In this document: positions 7,308 to 14,350 of the stretch, in pieces
Layout of the letters: the number at the start of each line of letters is the position of its first letter
Position numbering within the stretch: position 1 is the first letter of the stretch
Assembly: GCA_016839805.1 (NCBI GenBank)
Contig: JAEOTO010000039.1
Span: forward strand, 1-15,587
DNA: 15,587 nucleotides
Source of the DNA: Candidatus Hermodarchaeota archaeon
GTDB taxonomy: Archaea; Asgardarchaeota; Hermodarchaeia; Hermodarchaeales; Hermodarchaeaceae
Reading direction: 5' to 3'
Translations under genes and position numbers: made by a program
The notes under the pieces: generated by a model
Databases searched by the model: none
Told to the model about the DNA's origin: nothing
Seen by the model: only the letters and a program-made list of their open reading frames with translations

Positions 7308-8705
7308 TTATTTTCCATTTTCAGATTTTTCTACACGCATCCGCTTAGCTAGAATTGGAGCTAAACCACCCTGAACTAAGACACTGACAAAGATTATGAT
7401 GAAAATGTAGAAGAGCAACAATTCTCCCCAAGCAATGTAATATCCTTCTAATATGAATTCTAGCGCAAAAGTAAAGCCAAGAGCTGCAATTATCACACCT
7501 CGTGGAGCAAAAAAACTCATGAAAGCTCGTTCACGCACGGAAAATCCGCTACGGATTGTCGCAATGAAGACACCAAAGGGACGTATGATTAAAATGAGGG
7601 CTATCACAAGAATAACTGCCACAAGTATCACATGAAGATTAATCACATGCAGGATTAAACCAAGATCAACAAAAGCGAGGGCAAGAATGAAAATAGTAGC
7701 GATTGCTATGTTCGTAAGAGGTAATTGAAATGAATGGATTTCTGCCTCTATTATTTCTGCCTCTTCTTTTTCCAGAGCTAGCTGAGAGCTATTGTTCTGG
7801 AAGCGATGACGCTGACCTAAAAGGATTCCTGCGGTGAGAGTGGAAATTATTGCCGCTTCTAACCCAATTAGGCTGCCAAGACCATATGCTATGAAGGCAA
7901 TGCACAGTAAACCCATCTGTTCTATGGCGGTCCAGATACTCGGGTTTAGTCGTGTCCCATAGTGTTTCATAATTTTGGGTTCGATATATTTTGTGAAACC
8001 GATGCCAAGTAAACCAATCCCCGACCCAGCTAAGAAACCCAAGCTGATCGCAATCAGAATCTGTAAGGGAATCAGAATTACTGCGCCTAATCCAGATAGT
8101 TCCAAAATAATTCCGCTAAAAATCGCTGCCGCTACAACTGCAAAAATCCCATCGTTAAACTCTCCCTCGCCCTGCATGGTTTCTGCTACTTCCTCCTCAA
8201 CCTGTAAATCGCGAAGGATTGGGTTAATGACTGTTGGACCGGTAATTGCACATAAAATGCCACCAAGAATTGCCAGCTCTAAAGGAAATCCTGCTAATAC
8301 AACGAAAAGGAACATCATAAATCCGGCTGTAATTAATCCAGTAATCATGACTAACCTCAAAATTTTAGGAAATAAGCGTCGAAATGGTAAGGGTTTACAA
8401 TCTTTCCGGTGATGACCGGTCTGTTTGTCTGTAATAATCTTAAAACACCGATTGAAACTGTATCCCCCTTCAAACACAATTAAGGCCAACGCCATGGCAA
8501 TAACCAAATCAAGAAGATCAATGTTCGGGATGAGGATACCCGGATGTAAGAAACCTACCCCTACTGGACCGATGAAAATTGCAAACAAGAGATAGAAGAC
8601 AATATTAGGAATCCGAGTGATACGGCTTAGAATCTCACTAGCCCATGCAACCAGCACGATAATGCCGGTAAGTAAAAGACCAAAGATCACGAACTCGGAC
8701 GACAA
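7308..8705 (-). CDS. NhaP-type (CPA1) cation/H+ antiporter, paralog 2
   Basis: VFEGG, TGPTVI, QGEGEFNDG, FFAPRGVI; collinear with the neighbouring paralog; TTG start. Confidence 0.9.
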   Translation of the reverse strand: MSSEFVIFGLLLTGIIVLVAWASEILSRITRIPNIVFYLLFAIFIGPVGVGFLHPGILIPNIDLLDLVIAMALALIVFEGGYSFNRCFKIITDKQTGHHRKDCKPLPFRRLFPKILRLVMITGLITAGFMMFLFVVLAGFPLELAILGGILCAITGPTVINPILRDLQVEEEVAETMQGEGEFNDGIFAVVAAAIFSGIILELSGLGAVILIPLQILIAISLGFLAGSGIGLLGIGFTKYIEPKIMKHYGTRLNPSIWTAIEQMGLLCIAFIAYGLGSLIGLEAAIISTLTAGILLGQRHRFQNNSSQLALEKEEAEIIEAEIHSFQLPLTNIAIATIFILALAFVDLGLILHVINLHVILVAVILVIALILIIRPFGVFIATIRSGFSVRERAFMSFFAPRGVIIAALGFTFALEFILEGYYIAWGELLLFYIFIIIFVSVLVQGGLAPILAKRMRVEKSENGK

Positions 8706-8735
8706 AACGAATCCCCTAGTCCTGATATTGACATC

Positions 8736-9089
8736 TTAAACAGTAGCTACATCGACACGCCACTCGCCATCTAAATCCTCATCTCTGATTATGGTAATCG
8801 GTGCAGGACTCGCACTTTTTGAGCCATCAGGTTTATACCGCTGAAAAAAGAATTTCCACCGGTTTTCATCAAGTTGTGTGTCTTTTTCAGGTACACGTTT
8901 GTAAGTATAACCATAATCTCGTTGCATTTTCTGTCCTGCTCGCCAATATAGGTCTGGAGAAGACCCATAACGTTCTGCTTGATCTTGGTGATATTTACGG
9001 AAGGTCAACAACCATTTTTCTTTATCCTGTTCAACTAAGTATTTGTAAAAAAGTTCAGCCACTTCATTTGGTGCAATTCCTTTCTTCAC
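8736..9089 (-). CDS. Hypothetical protein, 117 aa
   Basis: GTG start with AGGAGG about 7 nt upstream. Fills the gap between mch and the antiporter on the same strand. Globular composition; no family recognised. Confidence 0.75.
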   Translation of the reverse strand: MKKGIAPNEVAELFYKYLVEQDKEKWLLTFRKYHQDQAERYGSSPDLYWRAGQKMQRDYGYTYKRVPEKDTQLDENRWKFFFQRYKPDGSKSASPAPITIIRDEDLDGEWRVDVATV

Positions 9090-9167
9090 GAAAAAGCCTC
9101 CTTGAATGAATTCTTGCTCTAACGATGTCTTCTTCCGTTTTTAGGCTTTTGTCGAAGAGAACTAAAC

Positions 9168-10145
9168 TCACTTAAGTGTTGATTTCAAGGCTTCAAGGAA
9201 CAGTTTGGGATCAAGTTGCCCTGCTGTATGGAATAGTCCCGTACGCAAATCATTGACGGTGATATGGGCGGGAGCAAAGAGCATTTTATCAATCTTGTAA
9301 AAGTCGCCTTCTGCATCCTTGAAGATTTGGTGAAAGGGTTTCCCATAATCCGATGACGTTGAGGATGGTACTTGCTTGATAAGATCTGCTAAACCGTCTT
9401 CTTCTGTTGATTGAATGAACAGGAAGGTTTCACCCATCATTAAAATCGCGTCATTAGTAATTCCCATAGCCCACATATCTTTACGTGCGACGGGAACAAT
9501 GGGGCATAAACCAATGCTACTCAGGACCTTTCGGAAATCATAACCCAGAATTTTGAGTTTGTGAATCCCCGTTTCTACAATTCGAGCTGCAATCTGTACG
9601 GAGCCCACAATACTGGCTGTTGGTGCTACGAGGAGATAGAGGTCTTTTTCTTCGATTTTACAAGCTTCAGCAACGTATTCACACACAGCAGGATTAGGTA
9701 GGGTCCGTGTTTCTAAAACCAGAATTGCTTCTTTGTGTTTGTCTTTATAGTTAAGCTTGTCATAGAGTTTTGTCTCGACTTGGGCTCGTGCCCGAGCGGG
9801 ACCAGAGCCGAGGGCAAAGAATCCCTCAACCTTAACATTCCATCCGGCTGCTTGGGATCCAATACATGCAAGGGGCGCATTATCACTGGTAACTCGTGCC
9901 ACTGGAAATGTGGAGCCACCCACAATATTCGTGTCGAGTGCAACAGTCCCTAGTCCACCCATACACACTTCTGCGACGAGGCGGCCCGCTTCAAGGCTTC
10001 CGGGAACATCAATCCCGCAATCGATAATTGTGGCTTTACCTTTGGTTTTGTGTACCTTCACACGAAGCATATCACTTTCAGTGATAAGACGCTCCACCTT
10101 GTGCATTGCTAGTTTGTTGACACTAGGTTGAGATTCATTCACCAT
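9168..10145 (-). CDS. mch: Methenyl-tetrahydromethanopterin cyclohydrolase
   Basis: SVNK..IDCG..GSLEAG..CMGGLG..ACIGSQAAGW..LGSGPARA..APTASIVGSVQIAARIVETGIHKL..DFYKIDKMLFAPA. True start ATG 10145 (MVNESQPSVN), overlapping the fwdC stop (10137-10135). The ORF-track extension to 10421 lies inside fwdC. Confidence 0.96.
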   Translation of the reverse strand: MVNESQPSVNKLAMHKVERLITESDMLRVKVHKTKGKATIIDCGIDVPGSLEAGRLVAEVCMGGLGTVALDTNIVGGSTFPVARVTSDNAPLACIGSQAAGWNVKVEGFFALGSGPARARAQVETKLYDKLNYKDKHKEAILVLETRTLPNPAVCEYVAEACKIEEKDLYLLVAPTASIVGSVQIAARIVETGIHKLKILGYDFRKVLSSIGLCPIVPVARKDMWAMGITNDAILMMGETFLFIQSTEEDGLADLIKQVPSSTSSDYGKPFHQIFKDAEGDFYKIDKMLFAPAHITVNDLRTGLFHTAGQLDPKLFLEALKSTLK

Positions 10146-11028
10146 TATTTCTAGCTCCCAGAATATGACCATTTTTTGGCTTGAATAGGAGTAATTCCCC
10201 TCGACCCCCCGAACCAAAATCGCCAGTAAATCGAAGATAAGGACCGACCCTTTCCTTTTCAGTGAATGTGACTCCTGGAATTTCTTTTTCAATTGCATCG
10301 AGGAGCAATCGCAGAAATAGCATTTCGGAATATTCACCGTTAAACAGATGCGTGGGTATAAGAGAATCTGCCTTGCCAAGGGCGATGATCGTGCCCTTAT
10401 AACGCATGGATGCACCCGCACGAGGACCTAGTTGACCCCGGACAATAATAGTTCCCGCAAGCATCCGTGTTCCAGTAAACGATTCTGTGTCTCCATCAAC
10501 AACAATAACCCCTCGGCGCATCCCCATACCCAGTTCATGACCAACGTTACCTGTAATGTAAAGGCTCCCTCCGTTCATGCCATAATTACTTCCCAGGTAA
10601 GCAGAAGCCGCTTTATCACCCACATTCCCTTTCACACGGATTGCTCCGCCAGACATTTCTGCTCCTAACCAGTGGTCGACATTGCCTTTGACTTCGATCG
10701 TCCCCCCTTTCATGCGTGCTCCTAGATGCATCCCTACATCTCCTTTTACCACGATTTTTCCCGTGGTCATATCTTGCCCAAAGTGGCGACATTGGTGGAT
10801 TTTACCTGATACTTCAATCGTTATTTTCTCAGCGGATTTATCACTCTTACCAGTCACTTCGAATAGTTTTCCAAGGGTGGTGCGTCGATTTCCGTGCCAA
10901 ACTTTCAGTTTGGATAATTTTTCAAGCGATTTTCCTGCCAGTGTATCTGGGGAGATGTTACTCAAATCTATGGGAATTCGCTCGCTAGAATCAAAGGTGG
11001 GGCGTAGTAAGATTTTGGAAGCAGTCAT
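10135..11028 (-). CDS. fwdC: Formylmethanofuran dehydrogenase subunit C (FwdC/FmdC)
   Basis: ISPD..VWHGNRRTTLGKLFEV followed by GXGXG beta-helix repeats (GDVGMHLGARMKGGTIEVKGN, GMNGGSLYITGN, MRRGVIVVDGD). Start reset to ATG 11028 (MTASKILL) because a TATAAAA lies about 30 nt upstream. Confidence 0.92.
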   Translation of the reverse strand: MTASKILLRPTFDSSERIPIDLSNISPDTLAGKSLEKLSKLKVWHGNRRTTLGKLFEVTGKSDKSAEKITIEVSGKIHQCRHFGQDMTTGKIVVKGDVGMHLGARMKGGTIEVKGNVDHWLGAEMSGGAIRVKGNVGDKAASAYLGSNYGMNGGSLYITGNVGHELGMGMRRGVIVVDGDTESFTGTRMLAGTIIVRGQLGPRAGASMRYKGTIIALGKADSLIPTHLFNGEYSEMLFLRLLLDAIEKEIPGVTFTEKERVGPYLRFTGDFGSGGRGELLLFKPKNGHILGARNNGE

Positions 11029-11159
11029 TTTACGGTAACTCCATTGTCGCTCATGTGCTTTTATAGGATATTCGCAAATTGTGGAACTAGCATAAACAGA
11101 TTTAGGTTGTACGGTAACGTTATTATTAATCATTACGACTCTGGTTCGAGGTTTAAGCA
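11029..11159. promoter_or_regulatory. Divergent promoter region for fwdC-mch and ftr
   Basis: Minus-strand TATAAAA (~11065-11058) about 30 nt before the fwdC ATG; plus-strand TTATTATTAAT (11120-11130) about 30 nt before the ftr ATG. Confidence 0.55.
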
Positions 11160-12056
11160 ATGGAACTGAATGGAATAGAAATCGAAGATACCTACGCTGA
11201 AGCCTTTGATATGCAAGTCGCTCGTATTCTCATGACGGCGGAAACCGCGAGTTGGGCTAAAACCTGCGCGCAATCTGCGGCTGGGTTTGCCACCTCCATC
11301 ATTGAATGCAAAGTTGAAGCAGGGATTGACAGATTCATTCCCAAAACCGAAACCCCCGATAAGCGTCCGGGTATAACATTACTCTTTGCTGCGTTGAAAT
11401 CCAAAGATCTAGCAAAACAGCTGCGTAAGCGTACAGGGCAATGTATCTTGACCTGTCCCACCTCAGCTGTGTTCAATGCTTTAGATAATGCTGAAGAATG
11501 GGTGGATGTTGGAGACCAACTTCGGTATTTCGGAGATGGATTTGAAGACCGTAAACGGATTGGAGATAAACTCCTGTTATGGCGGATCCCTGTCATCGAA
11601 GGTGAATTCGTCATTGAAGAGAAATTCGGAATCAAAAAGGGTGTTGGAGGTGGGAACCTTATCCTCATGGGTAAGACCCAGAAGTCAACGCTTAAGGCTA
11701 CAGAAGCAGCGGTAAATGCAATCTATGAAGTTGATGGATGTGTCGCCCCCTTTCCGGGTGGCATATGTCGTAGTGGAAGTCAAGTGGGTTCGAAATACGA
11801 TTTCCTTAAGGCTTCTACTAATGTGAAGCTTTGCCCTACTCTTCGTGAACAGATTCCTGACTCGCTAGTTCCACCCAATGTCAACAGTGTTCTCGAAATT
11901 GTACTCAATGGTATGAGCAAAAACGCGGTTCAAGATGGTATGCGTGCTGCGTTACATGCAGCAGCTAAAGTTCCTGGACTTGTTCGTGTTACCGCTGCCA
12001 ATTTTGGCGGAAAACTTGGTCAACATAAACTGCACCTTAAAGCGATTATAGACTAA
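11160..12056 (+). CDS. ftr: Formylmethanofuran--tetrahydromethanopterin N-formyltransferase
   Basis: MELNGIEIEDTYAEAF..GFATSII.C..EAGID..TPDKRPG..RTGQCILTCPT..GVGGGN..PFPGGICRSGSQVGS..ASTN..ANFGGKLG. Confidence 0.97.
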   Translation: MELNGIEIEDTYAEAFDMQVARILMTAETASWAKTCAQSAAGFATSIIECKVEAGIDRFIPKTETPDKRPGITLLFAALKSKDLAKQLRKRTGQCILTCPTSAVFNALDNAEEWVDVGDQLRYFGDGFEDRKRIGDKLLLWRIPVIEGEFVIEEKFGIKKGVGGGNLILMGKTQKSTLKATEAAVNAIYEVDGCVAPFPGGICRSGSQVGSKYDFLKASTNVKLCPTLREQIPDSLVPPNVNSVLEIVLNGMSKNAVQDGMRAALHAAAKVPGLVRVTAANFGGKLGQHKLHLKAIID

Positions 12057-12221
12057 GCACAATAATCACCAGTTATTCTCCTCCTCTCTTCTCGCAATTC
12101 CTCGAGAGAATATCCTATTTGAACGAAAGACACTTATCCATCTCTTCTAGATACGAATTTGAGAAGAGGCCGGGGAATTAGTCATTTCTCCGTACACCTA
12201 CTTTACCAAAGGTGTATCATA

Positions 12222-14033
12222 ATGTCCCCCAAAAAATCGAAAGTTCCCTCAAAGAGTTCATCCAAACAGCCTACTTTTACATCCCTTGAACCGACATACG
12301 AAAAGGTAATTGCTAGTTCACCCAGTGGTATAGTGGTCACAGACCTGAAAGGCAACGTAACATATGTGAACCAAGCCTTCATTGACCTCATCGGCTACAC
12401 TGACAAAGGTAACGTTGTCGGACAAAGTGCCATGAACATAGTGTTCCATGAGGGGCTGGCTCCACAAATTCTTACGGAACTTCAAGAAAAGGGCTATTAT
12501 AGTGGTGAATACTCTCGATTCCGAACAGATGGAACCCTCATCGATGTCCAAATCCTAGCCTCATTAATAACAGATGAAAAAGGGAATCCCAGTCATTTGA
12601 TGGCGACAATAACTGATATTAGTAAAATCAAAGAAGCTGAAGTCGAATACCGTAGTCTATTTGAAAGTGTCCCTGTAGGAGTATTCAGAACTAAACCTGG
12701 AGTGGGCGAAATTCTTGACGTGAATCCTGCTCTCGTCAATATGCTCGGATACCCTGATAAGGACTCACTCATCAAAAAGAACGCCTCATCATTCTATGTT
12801 GATCCCGACGCACGACATGAATGGGAACGACTGATTACCCAAGCAGGGGTAGTCCGGGGGTTCGAAGCCCAATTTCGCCGACTTGATGGTCGAATTATTT
12901 GGGTTCGGCTCAATAGCCGAGCAGTTCGCAATTCGAAGGGGGTAGTAATCTATTATGAGGGAACGATTGAAGACATCACCGATCGAAAACATGCCCAAGA
13001 AGCCCTTGCGGATAGCGAAGAACGTTACCGTTTATTCTTTGAAAACATCACTGACGTCATTATTCAAATCGATTCAGAACTCAACATCGTCGATGTCTCT
13101 CCTTCCATTGAAAAACACCTTGGCTACCATCCAGATGAACTCAAAGGAAAATCCTATCCGAAATTAAATCTAATTGCTCCCGAATACCTACCCCGAGCGA
13201 TAGAGAACTCCAAACGCTTATTCTCAGGGGAAGTTGTTCCACCTCATGAATACCCCTTTATCGCTAAAGACGGGTCTCGAATATGGGGAGAAGTAAGCAG
13301 CACCATGGTTATGCGAGAAGGAAAAGTAGTAGCGCTTTATTCTTTGGTTCGGAATATTCATGACCGCAAACTAGCAGAAATGGAACTTCAAAACACAAAT
13401 CGTGACCTTGAATTATATGCTTCTTTATTACGACATGACCTCGGCAATGACCTTCAAGTCATTTTTAGCACTGCTGAGGTAGCGAAAATGATTACTCCCC
13501 CAGAATCTGAACTCGCAGAATTCAATGAGGCAACAGGTGCAGCTGCAGAACGAATGGTACGACTTCTAGACGTATTCGGGCGTCCTGATAAAGAAGCAGA
13601 ACGAGAAATTGTAGCCCTTTTAGAACGTGTAGCTAAGCAAGCTATGAAAACTCACAAAGAACTCACGATCTCAATAAAAGCTCCAGCTAAAACCAGGAAT
13701 TTACGAGTTATTGGTGGGCGATTGCTTCCGATGGTCTTTGACAATATCTTTCGCAACGCGGTTCAACATGCAGGTCCTCGACCAAAAGTCAATGTCACGG
13801 TTGCTCAAGATCAAAATCGGGTTAACATTAAAATCATCGATAATGGTTCAGGCGTACCGAAGACACTTCGAGCTAGACTCTTTGAAAGGGGGACCTCAAC
13901 TACGGGGAGTGGTTTAGGTCTCAATCTCTGCAAACGTGTCCTTGAAGCCTACGGTGGTTCTATACAACTTGTCAAATCGCCACCTAACAAAGGAGCCGCA
14001 TTTCGAATCGAACTGCAAATAGAAGAGCATTAG
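12222..14033 (+). CDS. Soluble sensor histidine kinase with three PAS/PAC domains
   Basis: Three PAS/PAC repeats ending TITDIS, IEDITDRK and VRNIHDRK; H-box RHDLGNDL; N-box NIFRNAVQHA; G1 DNGSGV; G2 GSGLGL; no TM helix. Start ATG 12222 with AGGTG upstream, preferred to TTG 12159. Confidence 0.93.
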   Translation: MSPKKSKVPSKSSSKQPTFTSLEPTYEKVIASSPSGIVVTDLKGNVTYVNQAFIDLIGYTDKGNVVGQSAMNIVFHEGLAPQILTELQEKGYYSGEYSRFRTDGTLIDVQILASLITDEKGNPSHLMATITDISKIKEAEVEYRSLFESVPVGVFRTKPGVGEILDVNPALVNMLGYPDKDSLIKKNASSFYVDPDARHEWERLITQAGVVRGFEAQFRRLDGRIIWVRLNSRAVRNSKGVVIYYEGTIEDITDRKHAQEALADSEERYRLFFENITDVIIQIDSELNIVDVSPSIEKHLGYHPDELKGKSYPKLNLIAPEYLPRAIENSKRLFSGEVVPPHEYPFIAKDGSRIWGEVSSTMVMREGKVVALYSLVRNIHDRKLAEMELQNTNRDLELYASLLRHDLGNDLQVIFSTAEVAKMITPPESELAEFNEATGAAAERMVRLLDVFGRPDKEAEREIVALLERVAKQAMKTHKELTISIKAPAKTRNLRVIGGRLLPMVFDNIFRNAVQHAGPRPKVNVTVAQDQNRVNIKIIDNGSGVPKTLRARLFERGTSTTGSGLGLNLCKRVLEAYGGSIQLVKSPPNKGAAFRIELQIEEH

Positions 14034-14070
14034 GTAATATCCAATTCTAATATGAAAAAGCGACAGTTTA

Positions 14071-14214
14071 CTAGGACACGTATTTCTCTGGATTCTTGTC
14101 AAACTCAGCTTTACAGCCAGGGGCACAGAAATAATACATCTTGCCTTTGTAAATCGATTTCCACTTCGCTGTTTTTTCATCAACTTTCATCTTACAGATG
14201 GGATCAATTGCCAT
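14071..14214 (-). CDS. Small YHS/TRASH-domain protein (47 aa), putative copper chaperone
   Basis: Not in the ORF track (too short). Hand translation: MAIDPICKMKVDEKTAKWKSIYKGKMYYFCAPGCKAEFDKNPEKYVS*, a canonical DPxCxM..Y.GK.YYFC...C..F..NP.KY pattern. SD AGGAG at 14228-14224. Confidence 0.95.
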   Translation of the reverse strand: MAIDPICKMKVDEKTAKWKSIYKGKMYYFCAPGCKAEFDKNPEKYVS

Positions 14215-14350
14215 ATCGTCCGTCTCCTATTTCGTTGGTTGAATATACATAAATAACTTATATAACTCGCTGGTGTTACTATCCACTCAGATATATCCAA
14301 TATGTTATGTTTAAAAGAATTACTGTCTTCTCTATCATTAACATAAAATT
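14215..14350. promoter_or_regulatory. Divergent promoter region between the YHS gene and the regulator-copA unit
   Basis: AT-rich. Palindromic TTATATAA at 14258-14265 suits the YHS gene; TTTAAAA at ~14310-14317 suits the plus-strand gene. Confidence 0.5.

Noticed and set aside
6481-8412. Two mutually similar plus-strand ORFs (6481..6942 and 7975..8412), which looked like a repeated antisense gene
   Set aside because: Their similarity mirrors the paralogous antiporters; open antisense frames are common opposite hydrophobic membrane genes
10146-10421. 92-aa N-terminal extension of Mch in the ORF track
   Set aside because: Lies inside fwdC in another frame; Mch homology begins at MVNESQPSVN (ATG 10145)
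11029-11160. 44-aa N-terminal extension of FwdC
   Set aside because: Occupies the divergent promoter and touches the ftr start; a TATA box fits ATG 11028
9168-12056. Evidence for methanogenesis
   Set aside because: mch, ftr and fwdC also occur in non-methanogens; no mcr or mtr here
13914-14252. ORF-track calls 13914..14183 (-) and 14052..14252 (+)
   Set aside because: Both overlap the real YHS gene (14071..14214) in other frames and have no recognisable motifs
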